Shown one piece after another: positions 51,421 to 61,393 of a DNA stretch of 64,000 bases. Position 1 is the stretch's first letter, and each line of letters opens with the position of its first letter. Origin of the DNA: Vulcanimicrobiota bacterium (GTDB lineage: Bacteria; Vulcanimicrobiota; Vulcanimicrobiia; Vulcanimicrobiales; Vulcanimicrobiaceae). Location: contig CAWCIZ010000002.1 of assembly GCA_963795855.1 (NCBI GenBank), positions 96,001 through 160,000 of the forward strand, given 5' to 3'. Position numbers and translations under genes: made by a program. The notes under the pieces are model-generated. The model was not told the origin of the DNA. It searched no databases and saw only the letters and a list, made by a program, of their open reading frames with translations.

Positions 51421-51891
51421 TTACCATCTGTAGTGCGCGAAGGCTTTGTTCGCCTCCGCCATTTTATGCGTGTCCTCGCGCTTCTTGATCGCAGCGCCCT
51501 GATTGTTTGACGCGTCCATCAGTTCGGCCGCCAGCTTCTCTTCCATAGAGCGTCCGGCGCGCGAACGCGCGAAGCCGATCAACCACCGCATCGCCATCGC
51601 CTGACGCCGATCCGGACGGACCTCCATCGGCACCTGATAGGTCGCACCGCCGACCCGGCGCGGGCGCACTTCCACCAGCGGCATCGCGTTGGAGAGCGCT
51701 TGCGAGAACACGTCCATCGCATCGCGACCGGTCTTTTCGGAAACGATCTCGAGCGCGCCGTAGGTGATCTGCTCGGCCAACGACTTTTTGCCGCGGAGCA
51801 TGATCTTATTAATGAAGCGCGCGAGCACTTTCGAATTGAAACGCGGATCGGGCAGAATCTGCCGCTTCGGTGCGGGACCTTTACGAGGCAT
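51421..51891 (-). CDS. rpsG: 30S ribosomal protein uS7
   Basis: [26 protein letters not shown]. Confidence 0.99.
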   Translation of the reverse strand: MPRKGPAPKRQILPDPRFNSKVLARFINKIMLRGKKSLAEQITYGALEIVSEKTGRDAMDVFSQALSNAMPLVEVRPRRVGGATYQVPMEVRPDRRQAMAMRWLIGFARSRAGRSMEEKLAAELMDASNNQGAAIKKREDTHKMAEANKAFAHYRW

Positions 51892-51902
51892 GTAGTTCCT
51901 TT

Positions 51903-52343
51903 TTACTTCTTGGCAGTACGCTTGGCGCCGTATTTCGAACGGCCTTGCTTGCGGTTTGCGGTGCCCGAGGTGTCCAGGGTCCCGCGGATGATGTGATAGC
52001 GAACGCCGGGCAAATCTTTCACGCGGCCGCCGCGCACGAGCACGACCGAGTGCTCCTGCAGGTTGTGGCCGATGCCCGGAATGTACGCCGTAACCTCTTC
52101 GCCGTTCGTCAATCGGACGCGAGCCACTTTACGAAGCGCCGAGTTGGGCTTCTTGGGCGTCACGGTCTTGACTTGCGTGCATACGCCGCGGCGCTGGGGG
52201 TTGCCGGCCACTTCGAACGAGCGCAAGGGCAGGTCGGGGTGACCCGGCTTCGGACCGGTCTGGATGACGCGGAACGCGGGTGTCTTGACCTTCTTTTCCG
52301 CCTTCTCGCGGCCCTTACGAACCAACTGACTGATGGTCGGCAA
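51903..52343 (-). CDS. rpsL: 30S ribosomal protein uS12 (TTG start, N-terminal insertion)
   Basis: [34 protein letters not shown]. Confidence 0.99.
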   Translation of the reverse strand: MPTISQLVRKGREKAEKKVKTPAFRVIQTGPKPGHPDLPLRSFEVAGNPQRRGVCTQVKTVTPKKPNSALRKVARVRLTNGEEVTAYIPGIGHNLQEHSVVLVRGGRVKDLPGVRYHIIRGTLDTSGTANRKQGRSKYGAKRTAKK

Positions 52344-52407
52344 CTACTGACTCCTACTCACACACACCAAAAGTCGGCCACACCTTCCGGTGCGACCGAA
52401 CTTTGGG

Positions 52408-52436
52408 AGTATATCAAGGTCTCCTAGCCGAGTCAA
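52408..52436 (-). promoter_or_regulatory. sigma70-type promoter of the str operon
   Basis: TTGACT-17 nt-TATACT on the minus strand, upstream of rpsL. Confidence 0.85.
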
Positions 52437-52557
52437 CGACGGGTGCGCCCCGCGCGAACGCAGCGAGTACGCGCCCGCCTGCGCGGACGGGCAGGCGATC
52501 CGGCCGCTACGAAACTGCCGGGCGGGGACCTCGTACATGTCCTAAAGGAGTACGACG

Positions 52558-54465
52558 ATGCGTCTTTCCTCATATCCGCCTTCTTCGCTCGCGTTCGATT
52601 GGCTCATGGCGGTGCTCTCGGCGCTCGTCATGGCAGGCGTCGTTCAAGACGGTTGGGCGCACGCGCACGGCCTCGTCGACCAGAGCTTTTCACGCCGTGG
52701 CACGCCGTTCTCTACTCGTGCATGGCGTTGAGCGGCATCGTCCTCGGCTTCACCGGGCTGCGCAACCTGCGGCGCGGTTATTCGTTCAGGGGCGGATTAC
52801 CCTACGGGTACTGGACATCGCTCGTCGGCGTCGTCGTGTTCGCAACGGGCGGCGTCTTCGATTTGTTCTGGCACACGCTGTACGGAATAGAAACGGACAT
52901 CACCGGTCTCATCAGCATTTCGCATCTCTGGCTCGCGCTTGGCGGAGCGCTGCTTTTCGCGGGACCGATTCGGTCCATCGCCCATCGGTACGGCGCCGGC
53001 GCCGGCGGATGGCGCGTGGTGGGTCCACTCGTGCTCTGCTGCGCCGCACTGCTCGTGCTGCTCGGTTTCTTCACGCAATACGCGTCCCTATTCGCGGACG
53101 GCACGACCTCGCAGATCATCGAATGCGAACGGCGCATCGCTCACCGGCGGAGAACTGTTTTCCGTGCGCGCGAACAGCGCGAACGAAACGCGCGTGCTCG
53201 GCATGCCGCGTCACGACATGTGGGGAGCGGCGGTTTCGCCGGACGCAAGCATGGTGGCGTATCGCGTGCAAAACGGAACATCGAGCGGCGGGCTCGTCCC
53301 TTCCAATCTCTACGTTGCGCGCGCGGACGGATCGCATGCCGTGCAGATCACGCGTTCCGGCAACCACGATACGCAGGTCGCATGGTCACCCGACGGAACG
53401 CGCATCGCCTACGTTTCGATGCCTGCTGGAACGTCGGGGAATTTTTCGATCCTCACGGCAAACCGGAACGGCGCAAACGCGCGCACCATCGTGACCGGAA
53501 CGACGACGGTCCAGAATCCGACGTGGTCGCCGGACGGACGCTGGATCGCCTTTCAATCGCGAAACGGGATCCGCCAGCAACTTGCCGTCGTCGCCTCGCG
53601 CGGTGGGCCGGTGCGCTGGCTTGCATCGACGGCGGGCGGTGCGGAGCCGTACTGGGCGAGCACGGGAGCGATCGTCTTCGACAAAGACGACGGTTCGCTG
53701 TGGCTCACCCGCGCTTCGGCTTCAAGCGCGCAGCTGCTGAACGTGCGCGGATCGGAACCGGCGGTTTCGCCGAATGGGAAGCGGATCGCCTACGTGTCGA
53801 GCGCCGGCGGAGCCGCGCAAATTTGGATTGCGCGCATCGACGGAACGCACGCCGCCGACGTAACGCAATTGGCCTGGCAAGACGCAAGCCATCCGTCGTG
53901 GCGATCGAATACGGAGGTGCTCTTCACAGCCGCCGGTCAGCCGGCCGCAATCTACACGGAGATCGGCAAAACGTACGGCATAGACGCGGTGATCGTTTCG
54001 TCGCTGATTATGATGGGCGTGATCCTGCTGCTGGTTCGACGCTGGCGCCTGCCGCTCGGTGCGATCACGGCACTGCTCGGCCTGTATTCCATCGCGCTTG
54101 CGACGCAGGCCGACACGTATTGGGACATCCCGGCGGCGCTCATAGCAGGCATCGTTGCGGATACTGCGATCGCCCTGCTGAAAGATCGTGCTCGCGCCGG
54201 AAACGGCTTCTATATTTTGGGATTCGTCATACCGTTCGTCATGAGCGCTGCGTACATCGGCTCCGTCCGCTTGCAGAGCGGCGCGCTCGGGTGGCCGCCG
54301 AATATGACGATCGGTTCGCCGTTCATCGCCGGATTCGCGGGTTTGCTCGTCGCATTTTGCTTCGCGCCGCCGCTGCCGGCACCGAGCAGTGCGGAGCAGG
54401 CGTTCGTTTCGCCCGAGGTCGCGGGCGCGCGGCCGTTCGGCGGCTCGACGAACGTCAGTGTTTAG
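52558..54465 (+). CDS. Polytopic membrane protein with Asp/His motifs and an inserted TolB-like (PD40) beta-propeller; two apparent frameshifts
   Basis: AAGGAG RBS and ATG 52558; DGWAH...FTPWH and DLFWH...SISH; repeated W/VSPDG..IA[YF] blades; TM C-terminus. Confidence 0.75.
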
Positions 54466-55168
54466 CGAACGAATCCGAGAGCAGTTTGAAATCGAAGAGC
54501 GAACCGCCGAGTTCGCCGCCTTCGTTCGAATCCGTAACCAGATGCCCGGATTTGGGAATCGTCATCCCCGAATCGTAGATCAGCGTTCCGGCCATCGTCG
54601 TAACGCCGTTGCCGGTGCGCGTAACGCGCTTGACGTTCATCGTGACGACGTTCCCATCCGCACCGGTAACCGTGAAATCAGTCGTGCGGCTCGCTTTGCC
54701 GTCGTTGAGCGGCTGAACGGTTTGCCAGTGGTTATTCGTGTCTAACCGCGACGTGTCGTAAAATCCGCGTCCGAAATACGAGAGCAGCGAATCGATCTCT
54801 TCGGTCACGGCACCGGCTTGCTCGAGATTCTGATCGCATACCACGTTGTCGGGGTTCTCGTAAACGGCGCATCTAACGGCCTGCATCGGGTGATCCGCTC
54901 GGTCGACTTGCTCGTGCGCTTCAACGACGAGGCCGCCGTCTTTCGTAGCGGAAAGCACGTTGACCGTTATCGTTCCGGAGCGTCCGCCCGTCATCGTCAT
55001 CCCGCCCAGCGCCGTATCGCCCGACGTGCTGATGCTGGTCGAAGACATGAACCCGTGCTCGTCGATGTTGAAGTGATAGGTGACGACGCGCAGAGGCGCG
55101 CTCTGCGCCGCAACCGGGAGCGCGAGCAGAAGCGCCAGAATCGACCCGCCGATAAGAATCTGCCGCAT
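54455..55168 (-). CDS. Secreted hypothetical protein
   Basis: Signal peptide, beta-rich mature region. Confidence 0.65.
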   Translation of the reverse strand: MRQILIGGSILALLLALPVAAQSAPLRVVTYHFNIDEHGFMSSTSISTSGDTALGGMTMTGGRSGTITVNVLSATKDGGLVVEAHEQVDRADHPMQAVRCAVYENPDNVVCDQNLEQAGAVTEEIDSLLSYFGRGFYDTSRLDTNNHWQTVQPLNDGKASRTTDFTVTGADGNVVTMNVKRVTRTGNGVTTMAGTLIYDSGMTIPKSGHLVTDSNEGGELGGSLFDFKLLSDSFAKH

Positions 55169-55217
55169 GCCGGCTTTTTACGCGGGGTGGGACGCCGCTT
55201 CCTCCGAAAACGCTTCC

Positions 55218-56378
55218 GTGGCGCAGACCAGACTCGCCGTTCTCGACGGGTTGCGCGGCATTGCCGTGCTCCTCGTGCTGTGGTATCACGTCTGGGAAAT
55301 TTCATGGGCGCCGGCTCCGATGCCGTCGCTGCAGTTCATTCCGGAAACCGGGTTTGCCGGCGTCGATCTCTTCTTTTACATCAGCGGTTTCGTCATCGCG
55401 TATCCCTTCGTTGCGGCGCTCGCGCGCGGTGAAGCGCCGCCGCAGTGGGGCCACTTCGCGTACCGCCGCGCGATCAAGATCCTCCCGTCATACGTCCTGT
55501 GCATCGTCGTACTCATCGCAATCGGGTATGCGCGATTCGCAAACGCCGGTGACGCGTTGCGCGACGTCGTTACGCATCTGCTGTTCATTCACACGTGGTG
55601 GAGCAGCACGTACGGATCGATCAACGGGGTGCTATGGACGCTCGCCGTAGAGGTTCAATTCTACGCAGTCTTCCCGCTCTTGTGGCTTTGCTTCAAACGC
55701 GTTCCGTGGCTTACGGCGGGCGCAATGGTCGCGATAAGCCTCGTCTATCGCTCGTACGCGGCGCAGTGCTGTTATCACACCTTCATGGAACAGCTGATCG
55801 ACAACTTGCCGGGATATCTCGATATTTTTGCCGCCGGAATGATCTCCGCACATCTTTTCGTTCGCTGGAGGGAAGCGCGCCGCGCGTGGACGCCTGCGGT
55901 TGCGACGCTTGCGGCAATCGCGGGATTCGCGATGCTGACCGTGCTGCTGCAGAACCTGTGGTCGGTACGCACGGCCGATCAGTGGTCTACCGTCTGGCAG
56001 ATTCACAACCGCACGCTGGTGGGCGTCGCGTTCACGTTCATGGGTTTGGGATCGCTGCTCGCAGTTCGCGCCTGGCAACGGCTGCTCGCGAACCCGCTGC
56101 TGCTCTTCTTTGCGGCGATATCCTACAATCTCTATCTCTATCATCAGGCGCTCGCGCGGCTCATGCTGCAGTGGCGCGTTCCGCCGTATGCCGGCAGCGA
56201 CCAGCACGCCGACCCGCACTGGGAACTGACGTACACGGTAGCGGCCTTCGCCGTGACTATCGCGCAAGCCGCGATCGTGACGTACGCGTTTGAGCGTCCC
56301 TTGCTGCGCGTCCCGTTTGTACGCGTTCGCGCCCTGTTGGCGCGCGGCAAAACGAAGCGGGCACTATCGCACGTGTGA
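55218..56378 (+). CDS. Acyltransferase family 3 (OafA-like)
   Basis: LDGLRGIAVLLV, GVDLFFYISGF, WTLAVEVQFY, ISYNLYLYH. Confidence 0.93.
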   Translation: MAQTRLAVLDGLRGIAVLLVLWYHVWEISWAPAPMPSLQFIPETGFAGVDLFFYISGFVIAYPFVAALARGEAPPQWGHFAYRRAIKILPSYVLCIVVLIAIGYARFANAGDALRDVVTHLLFIHTWWSSTYGSINGVLWTLAVEVQFYAVFPLLWLCFKRVPWLTAGAMVAISLVYRSYAAQCCYHTFMEQLIDNLPGYLDIFAAGMISAHLFVRWREARRAWTPAVATLAAIAGFAMLTVLLQNLWSVRTADQWSTVWQIHNRTLVGVAFTFMGLGSLLAVRAWQRLLANPLLLFFAAISYNLYLYHQALARLMLQWRVPPYAGSDQHADPHWELTYTVAAFAVTIAQAAIVTYAFERPLLRVPFVRVRALLARGKTKRALSHV

Positions 56379-56842
56379 GACTCCGCTCGCAATCCGGCAT
56401 CACGCTCGTCGAAACGGCGGTTGCGGCCGGCCTCGTCGCAATTGCTGCGGGAACCGTACTCTACGGCATCGCAATGTTCGGCCGATTCGCGGGGCAGCAG
56501 GGTGGCGCCGCGCGCATGGCCGCACTGCTGACCGCGGAGCAGACCTTGCGCATCGCGCAGGATGCATGGAAGTACGGGACGCCGGGAGATGCGCCGAACG
56601 GTTCGCAAACCATATCGCTTCCGCTCTCCGCGTCGACGACGCAGCCGGCGCTTATGACCACGACGCTGAGCCCCAGCGGAGCGTCGGCGCAGATCACCGT
56701 TTCGATTCGCTACACGCCCGAGCCGGGACGCGGCGATCCCGGCGTCGTGAGCGTCTCGGGGAACGTTTACGCGAAGGCGCCGCTTCCCGGATCGCAGATC
56801 GACCGCCCCGGTCTCGTAGCGATGCCGAGCGGCGCGCCGTAA
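56375..56842 (+). CDS. Prepilin/pseudopilin-like protein
   Basis: QSG|ITLVE class III signal followed by a hydrophobic helix. Confidence 0.75.
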   Translation: MRLRSQSGITLVETAVAAGLVAIAAGTVLYGIAMFGRFAGQQGGAARMAALLTAEQTLRIAQDAWKYGTPGDAPNGSQTISLPLSASTTQPALMTTTLSPSGASAQITVSIRYTPEPGRGDPGVVSVSGNVYAKAPLPGSQIDRPGLVAMPSGAP

Positions 56843-57565
56843 ATGCTCGCCGGCGCGCTTTTCTACGTTGCGCTCTTGGTGCTCGTCGGTACGACGATTC
56901 TCTCCGCGGGGTTGGCGATGACACGTATGACGGTGACGCGCATGGCTCGGCCGTATTTGGCGACGGGATATCAGCGCGCGGCGTCGTCGCTGCAGCGGAG
57001 CGTGGCCGCGCAAATGCAGTCCGGCGGATCGCCGTATCCGGCGCCGGCCTTCACGCCGATCCCCGCTGCGTGCGCCAACGCGGCGTGCACGTACATGACG
57101 ACCGAAAGGATTACACTCTCATCCGCACCTCCAAGCGTTGCGTCTTCGTGCGACCCGGAAGAGACGAACTGCGCGGCAAACGTGCAGACCAACGGGTACG
57201 TCCGCGAAGGCCGCATGAGCGCCCTCGTGACCGTAACGGTGCAAGACGCGAACGGCGCGAAAGTTGCAACGCAGGACAGCACGGTGATCCTGCGCACCAT
57301 GAGCACGCCGCCGTACGCCGCGATTGCCGGCGCGCGCGACGCAGCGTTCGACGACGTCGTGAACGCTCACGCGCCCGGAGACGACGGTGGGGCGGCACCG
57401 GCGACGCCCAACCCATGCACGTCCGCTATACCGGGCGCGGCGGACGATACGGCGGTCCGCGTCGCGTACCGAAATCAAGCAACGAACGCATGCACCGACG
57501 GGAGCAGTTGGGCGAGTTCGTCCTATAGCGCGCCGTCGTCGACCGCCGGGTGGGGATCAGAATGA
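56843..57565 (+). CDS. Hypothetical protein with N-terminal TM helix (minor pilin-like)
   Basis: Directly coupled to the prepilin gene; Cys pairs. Confidence 0.55.
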   Translation: MLAGALFYVALLVLVGTTILSAGLAMTRMTVTRMARPYLATGYQRAASSLQRSVAAQMQSGGSPYPAPAFTPIPAACANAACTYMTTERITLSSAPPSVASSCDPEETNCAANVQTNGYVREGRMSALVTVTVQDANGAKVATQDSTVILRTMSTPPYAAIAGARDAAFDDVVNAHAPGDDGGAAPATPNPCTSAIPGAADDTAVRVAYRNQATNACTDGSSWASSSYSAPSSTAGWGSE

Positions 57566-58324
57566 AGTGATCGCTTGCGCGATTTCTTCCGGCGCCTCGA
57601 TCGGCAGATTGTGTCCGGCGTCGCGCAGCGTAACGAGCAGACATCCGGCGATCGCCTGTGCAACTTCGCGTTTGGCTCGGCTTGGCGGCACGAGCGGATC
57701 TTTTCCGCCGGCGATGCACAGCGTCGGCGCGGTGATGAGCGCGAGCCGCTGCGCGAACGCCTCGAATCTGCCGCGATCGTACCAGCCGTACCAATGCTCG
57801 AACTGCGCGACGAGCGCATCTTCGACAGTGCGCTGCAGTATGGCCGGCTCCGGCTGCCGCGTCATCGCGGCGCGCTGAAACGCCGCGATCTTCTCTCGGC
57901 TGCCGTAGGCGTCCAGCGCGGCAAGACGTTGTCGTTCACTCGGCGTCCCGCCGGCCGCCGTTCCCGGTGCGGCGAGGATGAGCTTCGCCAGATTCTTCGG
58001 GCGTTCGCTTGCGAGATATTGCGCCACTTTTCCGCCCATCGAATGCGCGGCAATGACGACCGGCGAGTCGATGGCGGCGAGTGCGGCTCGCGCATCGCAA
58101 ACGTAGCCGAGCAGGTCGTGCCCATCCCGCGGACGATCGCTCAAACCGTTGCCGCGAAAGTCGAGCAGGTGCATCGTGAAGCGGCCGGGATCCAAGCGCT
58201 CGACGACGTCGTACCACATCCGCCGCGCGCTGATCCACCCGTGTAGAAACAGCACGTGCTCTTCGCCGTTTCCGCGGCGCTCCATGCAAAGCTGCACGCC
58301 GCCGTTGTCGACGAACTCCAACAT
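57557..58324 (-). CDS. Alpha/beta hydrolase
   Basis: LFLHGW, DFRGNGLS, AHSMGG, AGH. Confidence 0.9.
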   Translation of the reverse strand: MLEFVDNGGVQLCMERRGNGEEHVLFLHGWISARRMWYDVVERLDPGRFTMHLLDFRGNGLSDRPRDGHDLLGYVCDARAALAAIDSPVVIAAHSMGGKVAQYLASERPKNLAKLILAAPGTAAGGTPSERQRLAALDAYGSREKIAAFQRAAMTRQPEPAILQRTVEDALVAQFEHWYGWYDRGRFEAFAQRLALITAPTLCIAGGKDPLVPPSRAKREVAQAIAGCLLVTLRDAGHNLPIEAPEEIAQAITSF

Positions 58325-58352
58325 GTCCCAGGAGGTTGGCGTTTCTGCGGGT

Positions 58353-59288
58353 ATGACCTGGAGCACCGTGAACCCGCGCGCCATCGTCTATGTCGGACTG
58401 CTCTACGTCATATTTTGCTGGTCGCTCAACACGGTGATCTTGAAATACGCGTTCGGCGTGTTCGATCCGCTTGCGCTCACCGGCATGCGATTCATCGCGA
58501 TGACGCCGCTCGCGTTCGTGCTCGCGAAGATCATGGGCGAACGCATCGTCGTGCACTGGCGCGATATGCCCACGCTTATAATTTGCGGCGCTTGCGGATA
58601 CGGCGCGTACCAATACCTTTGGGTCATCGGCTTGGCGCACACGACGCCGTTCGCGTCGGCGCTGCTCGGAGCGCTCGCACCGGTGATGACGCTCGCCGTC
58701 GTTGCGCTCTCCAAGCAGGAACGCATCAGAAGCGGACGCTGGGCGGGCGCGGTCATCGCGCTGTTCGGGGTCGCGATCTTCGAAGGCGCATTTGCCGGCC
58801 ATGCGACGTTTCGCAGCGGCGACGGGCTTACGCTGATCGCAACGGCACTTTTTGCGCTCTTCAACGTTTTCAGCGCCCGCGTACTCGATCGTTACACGCC
58901 GGTTTCGTTCGTGGCGATTACCATGACGATCGGAACGCTGATGATCTTGCCGGGCGCGGTTCCGCGGCTGCTCCATCAGGACTTCTCGCGCGTTCCACTT
59001 CTGGACTGGGGCATTTATCTGTACGCGGTCTTGTTTCCGATTCTCCTCACGTATCCGGTTTGGAGTTACGGCATCTCGCGGATCGGCGCGGCCCGCACCT
59101 CGCTGTTCCAATTCGCCACGCCCGTGCTCGCCGGACTGCTCAGCGTCGCGATTTTGAAGTCCGAGATCGAGCCGCATCAGATCGTCGGCACGGCGGTCTG
59201 CATCGGCGGCATGGCGCTCTCGCAGCTCATCGGAAAGCAGTCGCTATTCGCGTTGTGGGCGCAGCGCACGCAGGGCGTGAAGCGCTAG
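58353..59288 (+). CDS. DMT/EamA transporter
   Basis: About ten TM segments; RIGAARTSLF...PV. Confidence 0.88.
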   Translation: MTWSTVNPRAIVYVGLLYVIFCWSLNTVILKYAFGVFDPLALTGMRFIAMTPLAFVLAKIMGERIVVHWRDMPTLIICGACGYGAYQYLWVIGLAHTTPFASALLGALAPVMTLAVVALSKQERIRSGRWAGAVIALFGVAIFEGAFAGHATFRSGDGLTLIATALFALFNVFSARVLDRYTPVSFVAITMTIGTLMILPGAVPRLLHQDFSRVPLLDWGIYLYAVLFPILLTYPVWSYGISRIGAARTSLFQFATPVLAGLLSVAILKSEIEPHQIVGTAVCIGGMALSQLIGKQSLFALWAQRTQGVKR

Positions 59289-59304
59289 CGCTGAAGTCGC
59301 GCCC

Positions 59305-59499
59305 ATGAGCAAGCGCTTTTCTTACTGGCTCCTGGCGGTGCCGTTCGTCGCGACACTCGTCCCGCCGTTCTACGCTCGCCGCGAGCCGCCGCTGTTCGGG
59401 TTTCCGTTTTTCTATTGGTACCTGATCGTGTGGATCGTGCTGTCTGCAGTAGTAGTGTGGATCGTGTACCTGCTCACGCGCGAGCCCGGTCATGAGTAG
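59305..59499 (+). CDS. DUF3311-like small membrane partner of the solute symporter
   Basis: PFYARREPPLFGFPFFYWY. Confidence 0.85.
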   Translation: MSKRFSYWLLAVPFVATLVPPFYARREPPLFGFPFFYWYLIVWIVLSAVVVWIVYLLTREPGHE

Positions 59500-61000
59500 C
59501 GGCACCGCGATCTTCATCGCGCTTGTCTTGGGCGTGACGGTGTTAGGATTTCTCGCGGCACGCTGGGGACGCACCGGCCTGAACACACTCGATGAATGGG
59601 CGCTGGGCGGCCGCCGCTTCGGAACGATCGTTTCGTGGTTCTTGCTCGGCGGCGATCTGTACACCGCATATACGTTCATAGCGGTTCCGGCGCTCGCGTT
59701 CGGAGCAGGCGCGCTTGCGTTTTTCGCCGTCCCGTACACGACCATCGCGTACCCGCTCGCGTTCCTCATCATGACGCGCTTTTGGATCATTGCGAAACGG
59801 CGCGGCTACGTCACGACCGCGGATTTCGTGCACGATCGGTTCGGCAGCCGTCCGCTGGAACTCGCCGTCGCGGTCACCGGCGTGCTCGCCGTGATGCCCT
59901 ACATCGCCCTGCAGCTCATCGGCATGCAAGCGGTGCTGCAGCGCGCCGGCGTTGCATCGACGCACGCGTCCGCGCTGCTCTTTCTGATGGTTGCCTTCGT
60001 GCTGCTTGCCGCGTACACGTTCACCAGCGGTTTGCGCGCGCCGGCGATGATCGCATTCGTGAAAGATACGCTCATCTACCTGACCGTCGTCGTCGCCTTG
60101 GCGGTAATTCCGTCGAAGCTGGGCGGCTGGGCGCACGTCTTCGGCGCCGCGCAAAGCGTGCTGGCGGCAAGACCGAAGCCCGCTTCGATCGTGCTCGCCC
60201 CGAGCTTGTACTTCGCCTATTCGTCACTCGCGTTCGGCTCGGCGCTCGCGCTGTTCATCTATCCGCACTCCGTCACGAGCGTTCTCAGCGCGAAAAGCGC
60301 GCAGGCCATTCGCAGAAACTGCGCCCTGCTTCCGCTCTACAGCCTGCTGCTGACGTTCATCGCGCTGCTCGGCTACTGCGCCTTGGCGGCGCACGTTAGC
60401 GTCGGCAAGAACACGAACGCCGTAATCCCGCAGCTGTTCGCGCAATTCTTTCCGAATTGGTTCGCCGGTATCGCGTTCGCGGCGATCGTGATCGGCGCGC
60501 TCGTCCCGGCAGCGATTATGTCCATCGGCGCCGCGAATCTCTTTGCGAGCAACATTCTGCAGTCGTTTCGAGCGCGTCAGGCGCGGCCTGCATCCGAAGT
60601 CAACACGGCGCGCTACGTCGCGATGCTCGTACTGGCGGGCGGATTTTGTATCGCGGTCTTCGTGCGGCCGCAGTTCGCCATCGATTTTCAACTACTCGGC
60701 GGCGCTTGGATTCTGCAGATTTTTCCGAGCGTCATCCTCGGACTCTACACGCGTTGGTTTCATCCCGCGGCGCTGCTCGCCGGCTGGGCTGCCGGTATGA
60801 TCGTCGCGACATGGATGGCCGCGGCGACGAACTTTGCCACGTTCTTTCCGCTGCACGTCGGCGGCGCGGTATTGGCCGGCGCGAACATGTTTTACGCGTT
60901 CGTGCTGAATTTGGCGGTCACGGCAGTACTTACGCTCGTCCTCGGAGCGCTCAAGGCGGGCGCGGGCACGGACGTTACGACCGCGGCGGATTACGCATGA
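59492..61000 (+). CDS. Sodium:solute symporter (MctP-like)
   Basis: EWALGGRRFG...WFLLGGDLYTAYTFIAVP, MPYIALQL, SGLRAPA. Confidence 0.92.
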   Translation: MSSGTAIFIALVLGVTVLGFLAARWGRTGLNTLDEWALGGRRFGTIVSWFLLGGDLYTAYTFIAVPALAFGAGALAFFAVPYTTIAYPLAFLIMTRFWIIAKRRGYVTTADFVHDRFGSRPLELAVAVTGVLAVMPYIALQLIGMQAVLQRAGVASTHASALLFLMVAFVLLAAYTFTSGLRAPAMIAFVKDTLIYLTVVVALAVIPSKLGGWAHVFGAAQSVLAARPKPASIVLAPSLYFAYSSLAFGSALALFIYPHSVTSVLSAKSAQAIRRNCALLPLYSLLLTFIALLGYCALAAHVSVGKNTNAVIPQLFAQFFPNWFAGIAFAAIVIGALVPAAIMSIGAANLFASNILQSFRARQARPASEVNTARYVAMLVLAGGFCIAVFVRPQFAIDFQLLGGAWILQIFPSVILGLYTRWFHPAALLAGWAAGMIVATWMAAATNFATFFPLHVGGAVLAGANMFYAFVLNLAVTAVLTLVLGALKAGAGTDVTTAADYA

Positions 61001-61386
61001 AGACGGTGCAGCCCGACGGATGGAAACGCCCGCGCGGCTACAGCAACGCAGTCGCGGCACGCGGCGAGCAGATTTTCATCGCCGGTCAGATCGGCTGGAA
61101 CGAACGCGAAGAGATCGTCTCCGCCGATTTCGCCGAACAGACCGCGCAAGCGCTGCGCAACATCGTCGCGGTATTGCACGCCGCCGGCGCCGGGACGGAA
61201 CATCTGGTACGAATGACGTGGTACGTCACCGACAAGAGCGAATATACGGCCGCCGCGAAGCGCATCGGCGCGGCGTACCGCGCGATCATCGGCTCGGTCT
61301 ATCCCGCCATGACGCTGGTGCAGGTGACGGCGCTGCTGGAAGACGGTGCGAAAGTCGAGATCGAAGCTACGGCGGTCGTTCCCTAG
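60997..61386 (+). CDS. RidA/YjgF family protein
   Basis: PRGYS, IAGQIGW, YPAMTLVQV, KVEIEATA. Confidence 0.92.
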   Translation: MKTVQPDGWKRPRGYSNAVAARGEQIFIAGQIGWNEREEIVSADFAEQTAQALRNIVAVLHAAGAGTEHLVRMTWYVTDKSEYTAAAKRIGAAYRAIIGSVYPAMTLVQVTALLEDGAKVEIEATAVVP

Positions 61387-61393
61387 GGCGCTG

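Noticed and set aside
47861..51488. Long antisense ORFs (47861-49360, 50202-51488; also 122-1294)
   Set aside because: Shadow ORFs opposite conserved genes in GC-rich DNA
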